The notes: generated by a model from the sequence alone, not told the origin. DNA of 64,000 nucleotides from Octopus vulgaris (GCA_951406725.2 OX597827.1:76508001-76572000), one strand, 5' to 3'. Shown: positions 1 through 12,213, counted from the stretch's first letter. A program made the numbers and translations.

Positions 1-147
1 CTTTTAGAACAACGACTTCATGGCTTGAAGACACCAAAACAGAAATGGCTAAGAAAGCCCGAATTGGCATCTATAAGGGAAGTAACTCTCTAAAAATGCT
101 TATATAGTTATTTCCCTTACAAACCCGAGCAACGCCGGGCGATACTG

Positions 148-150
<3 letters not shown>
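1..150 (+). mobile_element. Non-autonomous Helitron, 3' end
   Basis: Ends CCCGAGCAACGCCGGG (subterminal hairpin) + CGATACTGCTA; 71-150 nearly identical to the 3' part of the complete element at 49244-49640. Confidence 0.7.
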
Positions 151-183
<33 letters not shown>

Positions 184-198
184 CGTACACACACATAT

Positions 199-360
199 AC
201 GATGGGCTTTTTCCACTTTCCGTCTATTAAATTCACTCACAAGGCTTTGGTCGGTCCGAGGCTATATAGTAGCACCTTGTCCAAAGTACCATGCGGAGGG
301 ACTGAACCAGGAACCATGTCGTCGAGAAGCAAGTTTCTTACCGCACTTCCATGCCTGCGC
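199..360 (-). mobile_element. tRNA-derived SINE family A, degenerate 5' part
   Basis: Reverse complement matches the head of the copies at 38487 and 45357. Confidence 0.7.
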
Positions 361-441
361 TATATACGTATATATTGATTTCAACTTGTTATTTCTACAA
401 AACCTACACACACACACACACACACATACACACACATATAT

Positions 442-592
442 AGGCTCAGGATGGGTGTGTGGTAAGTAGGTTGCTTACCAACCACATGGTTCCGGGTTCA
501 TTCCCACTGCGTGGCATCTTGTGCAAATGTCTTCTACTCTAGCCTCGAGTCGACTAAAGCCTTGTGACGGAAACTGAAAGAAGCCCGTTGTA

Positions 593-639
<47 letters not shown>

Positions 640-856
640 GTATGTGTTTATATGTTTGTGTGTCTGCGTTTGTCTCCCCAATATCGCTTGACAACCGATG
701 GTGGTGTGTTTACGTCCCCGTAAACTAGCGGTTCGGCAAAAGAGACCGATAGAATAAGTACTAGGCTTCCAAAGAATAAGTCGTGGGGTCGTTTTGCTTG
801 TCCAAAGGCGGTGCTCCAGTATGGCTACAGTCAAATGACTGAAACAAGTAAAAGAG
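442..856 (+). mobile_element. tRNA-derived SINE family A
   Basis: A-box-like TGGGTGTGTGG, B-box-like GGTTCATTCCC, internal (TA)n, 3' tail GGCGGTGCTCCAG..CAGTCAAATGACTGAAACAAGTAAAAGAG; many copies in the window. Confidence 0.85.
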
Positions 857-1031
857 CGTGTGTATATATATTTATACATATATATATATACAAGATAAGA
901 AAATGGAGAAATACATCTAAATCAAATATCAAGTACCAGATAATACTCAATCACATACTTTATTAAACCACCACATAAGAGACTGTAGGGTTAAATATAA
1001 AAAGCAGAACAAATCAGTGTACATAAAGGAA

Positions 1032-2055
1032 TGTACATAAAAGAGTAATGTTGTATAATAAGTAGAATATATATAAAAGAGAATATAAATATAAGTAAAT
1101 ATAAATATAAGTATAGATTACATCTTACAGCTGTTTCGGCCATGTAGATAAGTATGTCTCATTTTACCGACAGACATGCACTCTGCAATTTAGTGAATGT
1201 GTAGAGATGTGTCGGAGTGTATTCATGTGTGTGTGCATGTGTGTGTGAGTTTCTGTGTGGATGTGTGGGTTTAGGGTTAGATATGGATGTGTATGTTTTG
1301 TATGTGCGGTGTGATGGAGGTCGGGCGGCTCTCAATTGACCAACCGTGAGGAAGATAATGATAATTTTAAATTCAAATCCAATATTGTATTTATGTCATA
1401 AAGAAAATTACTAACTGGAACCCGGACATACATATATATACCGCTCTGGATCCTAATGTAAGCGTTATTAATAATATTATGAATGATAATAATGGTAACA
1501 TTAATGGTATTGACAACGATAATGATGCTAACTTTAATGACACTTTAGAAATTAGTAGGAAGTAATATAATGTACTATTGACTATGTATATTTGCATCTA
1601 GGTACTAATTTGTGTATGTTTATTATCACAATATTAAGTCGAAAAACTAAGACATTGAATGTGGAACACATATATATGTTTACTAATTTATATTATTTAT
1701 TTATATCATTATGTATATGTATATTTTTATATGTATAAGAGTGTGAGTATATGCACTCATATGTATATGTATATGTTGTATTATGGGTATGCACCCACAC
1801 CCATGTGGCTATATATGTAGACTGATTTATATTACATAATCTCCGAAAAGGCCTTATGATATTTTTGTAAATGTCTCATTTATATCTATATATTGACCTA
1901 CCATAAAAGGCTAATATTGGTAAAATGAGACATACTTATCTACATGGCCGAAACAGCTGTAAGATGTAATCTATACTTATATTTATATTTACTTATATTT
2001 ATATTCTCTTTTATATATATTCTACTTATTATACAACATTACTCTTTTATGTACA
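1032..2055 (+). mobile_element. Penelope-type fold-back element: 137-bp inverted repeat (1032-1168 / 1919-2055) with a hammerhead-like motif
   Basis: Arms are reverse complements; right arm overlaps motif ATCT-CCGAAAA-GGCC...GGCC-GAA-ACAGCTGT-A-AGAT (1839-1965). Confidence 0.7.
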
Positions 2056-2070
2056 CTTTTTTATGTACAT

Positions 2071-2406
2071 TCAACTAACACTATCTCCTTCGAGACCCTG
2101 CTGCACAAGTTGACCAAAATTGAGAGTATGATAGAAGGCTTGCTCGTCATTCTGTAGAAGATAAAATTCAAATCGGACCATGTTAACACCAAAAATTATT
2201 TACATCAAAAAGGTGCTTTTTTTTCTATGAAAATCCCTATTTTTAACGATTTTTGACTGCTGTGTCGCCATTTTTCAGTGTATTTCAACAGGAAAAATGT
2301 TCACTTGAAGAGAATAACAAGTTGCATAATGCAAAATTTTTACTTTTCAAAAATTTCAATTCTAAAGGATCGAAAGAAACCCAAGCAACACCGGGTGATA
2401 CTGCTA

Positions 2407-2407
<1 letters not shown>
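2071..2407 (+). mobile_element. Helitron 3' fragment
   Basis: Ends ACCCAAGCAACACCGGGT-GATACTG-CTAG|T, the same terminus as 49640; 5' limit approximate. Confidence 0.65.
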
Positions 2408-2448
<41 letters not shown>

Positions 2449-2457
2449 ATATATATG

Positions 2458-2509
<52 letters not shown>

Positions 2510-2617
2510 CACACATACATATATATTTGGAATTTACAAAAGAAACGAACAAAAGACGAAGACGGGTGTGTAAACAGCAAACAGGTTTATTAGTTTAATG
2601 CTCCAGACTTAAGAAAA

Positions 2618-3320
2618 TTTATATAGGGACTACTACCGATTTGAAAATAATAGATATAGGGGACACAAGAATTCATTTATTCACCCCTATATAAAAAAAT
2701 TCCACGACATTAGCATCATACATTAACCACCTCATACAGTCTAACATTGAGTATAATTAACGATGATCGATAATTACTGAATCAACACCATAGAACACAT
2801 ATACTAAATCGTATAGGCTTTGCATCAAGGAATCGAGTAGCATACTATACGCAGGTCATAGAAATAAAAGCATACTATTAAATAAACTTACAGATATTTT
2901 AGCATTTTGTAGTAGGAGCACTCCGTCGGTTGCGACGATGAGGGTCCCAGCTGATACGATCAACGGAACAGCCTGCTCGTGAAATTAACGTGTAATTGGC
3001 TGAGCACTCCACAGACACGTGCACCCTTAACGTAGTTCTCGGGGATATTCAGCGTGACACAGAGAGTGATAAGGCCGGCCCCTTGAAATACAAGTACAAC
3101 AGAAACAGGAAGTAAGAGTGAGAGAAAGTTGTGGTGAAAGAGAACAGCAGGGATCACCACCATCCCCTGCCGGAGCCTCGTGGAGCTTTTGGGTGTTTTC
3201 GCTCAATAAACACTCACAACGTCCGGTCTGGGAATCGAAACCGCGATCCTATGACCGCGAGTCCGCTGCCCTAACCACTGCGCCTCCACAGTATTTTGTA
3301 AACATAAATATTTAGCGTCT
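2618..3320 (+). pseudogene. Decayed Penelope-like GIY-YIG endonuclease C-terminus, interrupted by a SINE
   Basis: Manual translation: YIGTT..RYRGHKNSF..KSYRLCIKES..LLNKLTDILAFC[SINE]CKHKY; frameshifted. Confidence 0.55.
2917..3288 (-). mobile_element. tRNA-derived SINE family C
   Basis: Near-identical reverse complement of 3529-3916. Confidence 0.85.
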
Positions 3321-3528
3321 TATAATTTTCTTAAACTTTAAAATTAAATTTTTAAAATATAAAACTGTAAAGCTTTTTGAAAATACTACCTGGATTAGAT
3401 CCAATGAATACTCATGCACAAATCTAAAATCTTATATAATTTCTTTGTTATTGTAGTAGAATATTCCCATTGGCTTTTATTTGCATGGTTCTTTGCATGT
3501 TAACCTTTCAATGATTTTCATTTCTTAT

Positions 3529-3916
3529 GGAGGCGCAATGGCCCAGTGGTTAGGGCAGCGGACTCGCGGTCATAGGATCGCGGTTTCGATTCCCAGACCG
3601 GACGTTGTGAGTGTTTATTGAGCGAAAACACCCAAAAGCTCCACGAGGCTCCGGCAGGGGATGGTGGTGATCCCTGCTGTGCTCTTTCACCACAACTTTC
3701 TCTCACTCTTACTTCCTGTTTCTGTTGTACTTGTATTTCAAGGGGCCGGCCTTATCACTCTCTGTGTCACGCTGAATATCCCCGAGAACTACGTTAAGGG
3801 TGCACGTGTCTGTGGAGTGCTCAGCCACTTACACGTTAATTTCACGAGCAGGCTGTTCCGTTGATTCGGATCAACCGGAACCCTCATCGTCGCAACCGAC
3901 GGAGTGCTTCCATCCA
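3529..3916 (+). mobile_element. tRNA-derived SINE family C with 11-bp TSD
   Basis: A box TGGCCCAGTGG, B box GTTTCGATTCC, (TCCA)n tail, TSD TCATTTCTTAT at 3518-3528 and 3917-3927. Confidence 0.9.
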
Positions 3917-4030
3917 TCATTTCTTATTTAAACGTGACTCTTGAAAATCTTCAGAAGCTGAACTTTTACCAACTGAATACTCACTATGTAGTGCCTTAAT
4001 GCTTTTTGGTAGATTTTACCTCGAGAAAGG

Positions 4031-4098
4031 AACCCTGAGGAAGGAGGGCTGAATTTCGAATACTTCGTACAACCACTTTTCTGAAACGGCTGCAGGTT
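4031..4098 (+). ncRNA. Degenerate minimal hammerhead ribozyme motif
   Basis: AACC-CTGAGGA-(eroded stem II)-GAA-ACGGCTGC-A-GGTT, downstream of the GIY-YIG remnant. Confidence 0.45.
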
Positions 4099-4179
4099 AG
4101 GAAAAAAAATTTAATCGCCTCTTTCAATTTAGGTTTTTATTTTTCATGTTTATATTCGTATTTCATTGTTATATTTATA

Positions 4180-4746
4180 TTGGGTTGCCCGGAAAGTTCG
4201 ATCCGATTTTTAAAGGAAAGTAAAAGGTCACTAAATACTTGCCATTACACTTTTAATCAACCAAATATGAACCATTTTGTTGCACAATACGTCTCCATCT
4301 TTCCTTTACCTTGAAAATACCTTCTTCCCAGAATCGGGGTGGTTTCAAGGCAAAGAATTCGTCATGGTATCTTTTTACGACATCTAAGGAATTGAAATTT
4401 TTACCATTAAGACTTTTCTGCAGAGACCTGAATAAGTGGAAATCCGAAGGAGCAATATCTGGAGAATAGGAAGGGTAGGGGTAACACATCCCAGCCGAGC
4501 TGCAGCAATTTTTGTCTGGTTCCCAAAGCATCAAGTGCCTAAAATGAACTTTCTCATCTTTTATTTTAAAGGGTTACAGAATTAACACAGGTTATAGGAA
4601 CATCAACCTTCTTCCACGAAAAGATAGCTTAAACTGTGCTCTAAATGGAGGTGTAGTCAAATCTAATTTTATGGACTCAAACATGTTCTAAAATAAGTCG
4701 AAATGTAAGCTACTATAAATCGGCACGAACTTTCCGGACAACACTA
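4180..4746 (-). mobile_element. Internally deleted mariner (MITE-like)
   Basis: TIR TTGGGTTG(C/T)CCGGAAAGTTCG; transposase N-terminus fused to YSPDIAPSDFHLF C-terminus; same structure as 35986-36552. Confidence 0.85.
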
Positions 4747-4992
4747 TTTCTATATTTTTATCATGAAACTCTTAACATAAACATGTGTATATTCGTATGG
4801 AATAATACCTCATGTGCTACATCTGAATTTTCTTGTCTGAATGTTTTAAGACAAATATCCGAAATTTTTATCCTATACCACATTTTATTAATACTTAGCT
4901 CATATACGGAGACAAAAATGTTGTACTATAATACTGCAGGTTATCTCCATTAAAATTCACGTTTTATATACATTATATATATATAATATACA

Positions 4993-5710
4993 CACTGGTG
5001 AAAATAAATTTAAGACCGATGATAAAAGTTCTATTTCTTACAAAATATTCTGTTACTAGTCCTTTATATTGACCAGTCTCCGAGTATAACTTCCACGCTT
5101 GCACGCAGGCTGGTTTACTGCACTTTAGTTGCTTGCTGATGTTCGAAAAGGAAACTTTTTGCTGTAATATACGATTTTTGCTCTCGTGACTGGACTAAGG
5201 CTACGTTGTTTTCCCATTATTAATAAATTGTATAATAACATTAAATTATAACTTTATATGGTGCATTTAGGCTCGTTGTCTGACCACCCATTTTGTCCAA
5301 AAAAATTGCATACATATTACATGGTATTAAACTAATTTTGCCGGTAAATTTGAAACGTTTATATTACGTTCTGAGTTCAAATTCCGCCGAGGTCGACTTT
5401 GCCTTTCATCCTATCGGGGTCGATAAATTAAGTACCAGTTACGCACTGGGGTCGATGTAATCGACTTAATCCGTTTGTCTGTCCTTGTTTTGTCCCCTCT
5501 ATGTTTAGCCCCTTGTGGGCAGTAAAGAAATATATATTAATTTAGCATTAGAATTCTTCAAGTTGTATAAAAATTGTTTGCATCATTCGAAAGAGAAATA
5601 AATTTTGCATAAGGTGTAAAAGATAAAAATAATTTGTATGGTGTTAGCAACAAAATATTTCGTAAGAAATAGAACTTTTATCGTCGGTCTTAAATATATT
5701 TTCGCCGGTG
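4993..5710. mobile_element. MITE with ~65-bp TIRs (Tc1/mariner-like), containing a SINE
   Basis: CACTGGTGAAAATAAATTTAAGACCGATGATAAAAGTTCTATTTCTTAC... mirrored at ~5645-5710, followed by TA. Confidence 0.75.
5365..5532 (+). mobile_element. SINE family B, 5'-truncated
   Basis: B box GAGTTCAAATTCC, core GGTCGACTTTGCCTTTCATCC, tail TAAAGAAATA. Confidence 0.85.
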
Positions 5711-6820
5711 TATATATCTAAGGTCGTCCCATAAGTTCTGTCCGAATTTTGGATAAAGAATCCAAGTGGTCAAATGTTATATTTAATTGAAAGTTAATCA
5801 TCAATGTACTTTCCCTGATTATCTATGACTTACTTCCATCTATTTACAAGCTTTTTAATCCCATCAATGTAAAACTCTTTTGGTTTCAAAGGAAGAACTC
5901 TGAAATGTCAGGTTCGACCTCCTCCTGGCTTGCGAAAGTTGTGTCCCCCTAATAATTCTGTAAACTATAAAACAAAAGGTATCCTGAAGGAGTAAGGTCG
6001 GGAGAATAAGTTGGATGAAAAAAATTTTTCAAACCAAACTCTTCGATCTTCTGTGATGTGATCTTTGCAGTATGGGGTTGCGCATTGTCCTGATGAAACA
6101 TCACTCGTTTTCGACTCACTAAAGCGGCTCTTTTTTTCCTTCAAAGCTTGGTTCAAACGCTCTAATTGCAGACAGTAGACTTGAGCATTGATTGTTGCAT
6201 TATGTGGTAACAATATAAAGTGAATTACGCCTTTGCAATCGTACCAGATAGAGTAGAACCTTTTTCCCATGAAGTTCCCTTCTCGGTTGTGGTTGAGCAT
6301 TTTCCCTTTTACCAAGCCACTGTTTACGACGTTTAACATTTCGATAGAAAATCCATTTTTCGTCACAAGTCTATCGAAAAAGGGTGAAATGAGTTTGCGA
6401 GAATGGAGAGAAGAGCAGATGTCAACTCGGGATTTGTGGTTGCTTTCGGACAATACACGAGGCACCTATTTTCCAAGTTTAGGAATCTTTCCACGTTGTT
6501 GAAGATGATGATGAACTGTTGTATGGTTTGGAGTAAGCTTTATTGCCAATTCTTCAACTGATAATGACGGATTTTCTTCAAGTAATGCCTCAAGGAGCTT
6601 ATCATCAAACTCAACTGGACATCCTATTCGATCTTCATCTTCAATTCTGCAAACGATCTCCTGCAAGTTCTTTCATTCAAGCACTTTCCCATAAACTGAG
6701 CGTATGTTTCGAGTCACTTTGGCTGCAGAGTTACCTTTATTGTACTCATAAAGAATTATACGTGCCTTAAATGCTCCTTGGATACTTCCATGTTGAAAGG
6801 GTTTTAATCAAAGCAATTTT

Positions 6821-7878
6821 AGGGTGTCCACGAAGTCTGGGTACATGGAATAAAATCATAACATAAACAAATATAAGAAATAATAATTTTCCTTTTTTAC
6901 TTTTGTTTAAATTAAATAAAAAAATACTTTACTTTTCTAAATTTATTTGTTATTTTTCTACAGATGATCGAATGATGACTCTGTCTAAAGAAGAAAGAAT
7001 CCCAGATCGAATGATGGATCTGTCTAAAGAAGAAAGAATCCCAGATCGAATGATGGATCTGTCTAAAGAAGAAAGAATCCCAGATCGAATGATGGATCTG
7101 TCTAAAGAAGAAAGAATCCCAGATCGAATGATGGATCTGTCTAAAGAAGAAAGAATCCCAGATCGAATGATGGATCTGTCTAAAGAAGAAAGAATCCCAG
7201 ATCGAATGATGACTCTGCCTAAAGAAGAAAGAATCCCAGATCGAATGATGGATCTGTCTAAAGAAGAAAGAATCGAGTTAGTATTATTAAGCGGACGAGA
7301 GGAATGGTCTTATCGCAAAATTGCGGAAGAATTTAATCTTGACACCCTTATAGGTAACCTATTTTTTTACTGCCGTCGGGAAATTGATCAAGAAATTTAA
7401 AGAAACAGGCAGTGTTTTGGATAAACCCCGTTCCGGGCGACCAAAGACTTCAGATGAAACGAAAGAGGCTGTCATGGCTAAAGTTTCTGCTCGCCCAAAG
7501 AAATCACTTCGTCGGACATTGACGGTGTTAGGTGTTCCAAAACCAACCACCCACAAAATGCTGGTTGAGGAAAAGTTTCATCGATACAACCTACAGATAT
7601 TGCATCACTTAAATGAAGACGACCCTGATAGACGAATGTAGACGTGCGAATGGTTTTCAGATAAATTGGATTAAAATATCTATTTTACGAAAAACTTTGT
7701 TGTTCAGTGACAAAGCTACATTTTATGTAAATGGTGAGGTTAACAGACCGAATCTTCTATACTGGTCTCGAGGAAATCCACATTGGATGGATCCATCCAA
7801 ACAGCAAGGCAGCAAAAAGGTGATTTGTTTTCAAAGTATGTGTTAATCCCCATGTACGCAGACTTTGTGGACACCCTC
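6821..7878 (+). mobile_element. Tc1-like transposon, decayed
   Basis: TIRs AGGGTGTCCACGAAGTCTGGGTACATGG / CCATGTACGCAGACTTTGTGGACACCCT; KFKETGSVLDKPRSGRPKT and LFSDKATFYVNGEVNRPN motifs. Confidence 0.85.
6966..7274 (+). repeat. 39-bp tandem repeat x8 (PDRMMDLSKEERI) at the Tc1 transposase start
   Basis: Unit CCAGATCGAATGATGGATCTGTCTAAAGAAGAAAGAATC, read directly. Confidence 0.95.
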
Positions 7879-8852
7879 TATTATTTTGTAAAACAATACT
7901 GAATTAGTTTAAACGTACACAAATGCATAAAAATAATTTTTAATTGAATTAGACATTTGAAAATACTATTAAATTTCATTCAAATCTAAAAAAAAAAAAG
8001 GTAAAATTGGACAGAACTGATTGGATGACTTGATATATATAATTTCAAGTTTATAACACCTTGATATCTCATGTTATCTGATTTTATATGCCTAAGACGT
8101 TTATTTTCTATTCTGGTTTTTATATATTTCAATACATTATATTTGTATCTATAATTTATTTTAAGCCGAAACATAATACGATCATTGTACAAACGAAAGA
8201 ACAAGAATGTCCTCTGGAACTTTTATCTTCCACCAGTGTTTGTAATCGATGGTAACATGTGCGATGATTTTGCGACTATCTTATATTTTACAGAGAAATT
8301 AAAGCCGCGAATGTAAGCCACCACTTTATGCATAATACAATATTTATAATTCTCTATTTCTAACTGAAATTCTGTCCTCAATAATTATAGATCTCTATTT
8401 CTAAATGTAATTCCTTTTTCTTCTCGTTCAGTTTATAACTATAACACGCATTGTTGTCTGTCTCTTGACAAAGCTTTTTTTCTCCAGTGTTCAACACTTC
8501 ACCTCGTTAGGGTTAAACAGCCCTTACCGAATGTTTTCACTGTCCTGTTTTTGTTAGCAGCTTTTGACGTTCCACGTATCTCAAATTTTATTTAATTTAT
8601 TTTGGGGGAGAAATAGCTTTGACGAAGACGCATCTTGTTGCACTGCTCGCAATGCGGAGTAGGTAAATCTGCCAACACTTGAGGAAGGGTTGTTTTTTTT
8701 ATGCTGCCGTCGCGCTATAGTTCCCAGCCCAACCCAACCCCTGTGTACAGTCGCCTCTACGTCGTCCAGAGCGAGCTCTGGTTGACGTGGCGTCGACTGT
8801 GGGCTGGTAGCTGTGTACAGTCGCCTCCACATCGTCCAGAGCGAGCTCGCGA

Positions 8853-9370
8853 GGCATCTTGCCTTCACCAAGTGTCAAGATGTCCTGTGCAAACTTTGTG
8901 GACATTTTGTTGCCGTGTAGATGAGCTCTCATGTTAGTGGTGAGAATGAGGATTGTAACATGATGCCACAGGGTAGAGGACTTTAGGCATGCTTGGACTT
9001 CATCTGCTCTAGTGCCTTTCGGAATGACAGGAAGAGTTTGCCTGAAATCACCTGACAACAGAAGCGTTACACCTCCCATTGGAGCCTGACAGTCGCGGAT
9101 GTCTTTCAGGGCTCTATCTAATGCTTCCAAAGCTCCCTTGTGAGCCATAGTGCACTCATCCCAGACAATTAGATGACATATTTTAAGTACTTGTCCCTGA
9201 TCTGAGCTTTTGTTGATGATGCATGAAAGCATTTTGGATGCTGCTAAATTGAGAGGGAGTTTAAAAGTTGAGTGTGCTGTCATGGCACCGGATAACAAAG
9301 TAACTGCAATGCCAGAGGAGGCTACAGCTGCTGCAATGTTCTGATGCTGCCTAACTTCTGCTAACAAATG
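8853..9370 (-). pseudogene. Helitron PIF1-family helicase fragment
   Basis: AVASSGIA, TAHSTFKLP, LIVWDECTM, LLSGDFRQTLPV, LTTNMR motifs; Helitron-type 5' end TCTCTATATATATAAAA on the minus strand at ~9974. Confidence 0.85.
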
Positions 9371-9974
9371 CAACACAACAACGTTTCCCGTACGAGGAAC
9401 CAACAAACGTGATTACAATAGTCAAACAGTAATAATAATAACAACAAACCTTTTTAATTTATTCCCATTTATGTGAAACTACTTATTCAATTTCAAGTCA
9501 TTGATGCAATTTTATACGAATTGCTAATACATACACACACACACACACACACACATAATAAGGGCGAAAAATTGAATATTAATTTGATTAATATGAATTG
9601 AAAATCAGTGGTGTAGAATATAAGACCATAGCAGATCTTCTTCTAGCAAATATGGATGACCACTGTTAATGGTTCATCCCTGTTATATAATACTTTCACT
9701 TTAATAGTTTCAGTATTAAAGTGAAAGTGTCTCCATTACAATAGAGAGATGTTTTTGTTTCACTTTTAACACGTAATACTGAAATAGTAGAGAAGATATG
9801 ATATTGCTGTGGGGTCGCCCTAGGAAAAAGTTAAAATCTTTTTTGCCGATGACAATCCTCGGACCTTAAGTAAGGCATGTGTAAAATTTGAATGAAATTG
9901 GTTGTGTAGTTCTCAAGTTTTAGGGAAACACACAGACAGACAGACAGACATTCTCAGTTTTATATATATAGAGA

Positions 9975-10013
9975 CTAGCATTATGACCTGTCATTGCCGG
10001 GTCATAGTGCTAG
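9975..10013. repeat. Palindromic hairpin with CTAG at both ends
   Basis: CTAGCATTATGACCTG-TCATTGC-CGGGTCATAGTGCTAG. Confidence 0.75.
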
Positions 10014-10110
10014 TTATATTATATTATTACTTTAATGCCAAACTGCCACTGGAAATTTCACGTAACCGTTAATCAGGCAGTTGTGATAATACTAGACTTT
10101 ATTATCGCCA

Positions 10111-10148
10111 CTGTCCGATGAATGAGAACGTGAAACTCTGAGCAACTG
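10111..10148 (+). ncRNA. Degenerate minimal hammerhead motif (relative of 40518-40555)
   Basis: CTGT-CCGATGA-ATG-AGAA-CGT-GAA-ACTCTGAGC-A-ACTG. Confidence 0.5.
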
Positions 10149-10338
10149 TTTGAGAAGTTTTCTTGGCTTAAACGAAATAGTATTTTATTCTACCTTGGAT
10201 ATTGGGCGTACTGATTTTTCTCCTCCTTGTTTTGCACGTATGTGTGATTGTGTGATTGTGTGTGTGTGTGTGTGTGTCCGTCGCGTGCGTTTGTGCATAC
10301 GTGTGCGCGCGTGTTTTTGTATATGTACCTGCATATCA

Positions 10339-10390
<52 letters not shown>

Positions 10391-11051
10391 GACAACCCAA
10401 AGGAGAGGAAAACAAGATCAAGTCATACCATTTATAATGGCACACAACCCATGTCACAAGAATATCCTCAACATTGCCAAAGCAAACCTACCAATCATTG
10501 CTCAAAGTAATGAATTAAAAGATATAATCACGGATCGAGCTATGGTTCTTAGTAAAATACAGCTTAAAAATTTGAAAACATTATTAACAAAGGCAAAGTT
10601 TGACCTTAGCAACAAAGACCAATCATTCACTGTGTCTAAATGCAATGGTAGCCGATGTGGCACATGCCAATTCATACTTACCGACCAATATATGTACACA
10701 AAAACCGGAAAAATATTCACAAACGTAAATATGAACTGCAAAAGCAGAAATTTAATTTACTGCATCAAATGCCCGAATTGTGAAGAACTATATATGGGTC
10801 AGACTGGATATGCTCTATCAGAACGTTTACGTGTGTATCGACAGCAAATGAGAGACCCAGATGTCCGTCAGATACCTTGAGTAACCATTTAGCAACATGT
10901 GGTCGGAAAATATTAATATTTCCATTCCACAAATTACACAGTGCAAATGAAATCGAGAGAAAAACCAGAGAAAAGAACTTTATTAATAAATTCCAACCCA
11001 AGCTAAATAAACAACGACGATAATAATATTTAGAGGTACTATTTCTACTGC

Positions 11052-11179
11052 TACGACGACGACAACAACAACAACAACACCAACAACACCAACACCAACA
11101 CCAACACCACCACCACCACCAACACCAACACCAACAACAACAACAACAACAACAACAACACAACACCAACAACAACACC

Positions 11180-11234
<55 letters not shown>

Positions 11235-11235
11235 G
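11052..11235. repeat. (CAA/CAC)n microsatellite
   Basis: Direct reading. Confidence 0.95.
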
Positions 11236-11647
11236 TACTAAAGCTTCTCATGATGACAATAGCAAAAAAATACTAGTTCAGTCAAAAGAAAAGTCAGTAA
11301 AAATAATCTTATTTAGGGTTTTATAGTACTATTACCACAGCTACTCCTACCACGACCGCCACCACCAACAACGACAGCAAATCCCTGGAAAATGTTGACA
11401 ACATTTTCTAAAAATAGCCAAACAATTACTGTATGGCCAGGGTCATAATACAAGTCTCTTGACATGTTCACCAAACCGTGACGCCTAAAGCAAACACCAA
11501 TCAGCTCAAGTAATTTAGTGAAACGACACACACTGATTGGTCAGAATACAGTCTGCAAAACTTATCATTCTGGAGCCTATACAAATGTATTCAAGGCACA
11601 CATTTTAAAATTGTAAATTGTAAAACATAACTGTCACCACTACTACA

Positions 11648-11692
11648 TGAACCTGAAGATTGCATAGTTTAATGAATGAAAGTACTAGTTCA
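11648..11692 (+). ncRNA. Minimal type-I hammerhead ribozyme motif in the Penelope 3' region
   Basis: TGAAC-CTGAAGA-TTGCAT-AGTTTA-ATGAAT-GAA-AGTACT-A-GTTCA: stem I TGAAC/GTTCA, palindromic stem III. Confidence 0.75.
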
Positions 11693-11829
11693 ATCAGAAT
11701 GGACATTTAAAATTATATCATTTCTGTATATTATATTATCTTATATCATATTATCATAAGATTATAAATAAAACGTGAAAATCAAAGTTGGATGTCCTTT
11801 GAGTAATATATATATATATATATGTTTTT

Positions 11830-11915
<86 letters not shown>

Positions 11916-12213
11916 TTTTGTGAAATTTGATTTAGTATTTCTAAATTGAATTTTTCCTGTAAGTTTGGAATATAATAATAATAATAATAATATAATATAA
12001 TATTATAATAATAATAATAATAATTGTATATATGTATGTATGTATATATGTTTGTTATATATGTATATATGTAAGCATATATTCGCTTGTCGCATAAAAG
12101 ACAATTTACAAACTAAAACTCAAGGCTGGAACAGAATAAATAAATTGATACATGAGTTGCCAAACATACAGTTTGATTCGCTCTTTAGAGCCTTCATATA
12201 GACACAGTCACCT

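Larger units (their letters stand above)
5719..8034 (-). mobile_element. Decayed mariner transposon split by a nested Tc1-like element
   Basis: TIR AGGTCGTCCCATAAGTTCTGTCCGAATTT with a degenerate partner at ~8004-8034; minus-strand ORFs give EDEDRIGCPVEFD, VPRVLS, WYDCKGVIHF motifs. Confidence 0.8.
10389..11804 (+). mobile_element. 5'-truncated Penelope-like retroelement (Cys-rich linker + GIY-YIG endonuclease, 3' pLTR)
   Basis: KCNGSRCGTCQFI..CKSRNLIYCIKCPNCEELYMGQTG..L.ERL..; frameshifted continuation to FINKFQPKLNK (stop ~11022); bounded by (TA)n on both sides. Confidence 0.85.

Noticed and set aside
3529-3605. tRNA gene (also heads at 38487, 48962, 54630-54700)
   Set aside because: A/B boxes continue into multi-copy SINE bodies; no complete cloverleaf or terminator seen
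6966-7274. CRISPR-like regular repeat
   Set aside because: Contiguous tandem units without unique spacers, inside a eukaryotic transposon, no cas genes
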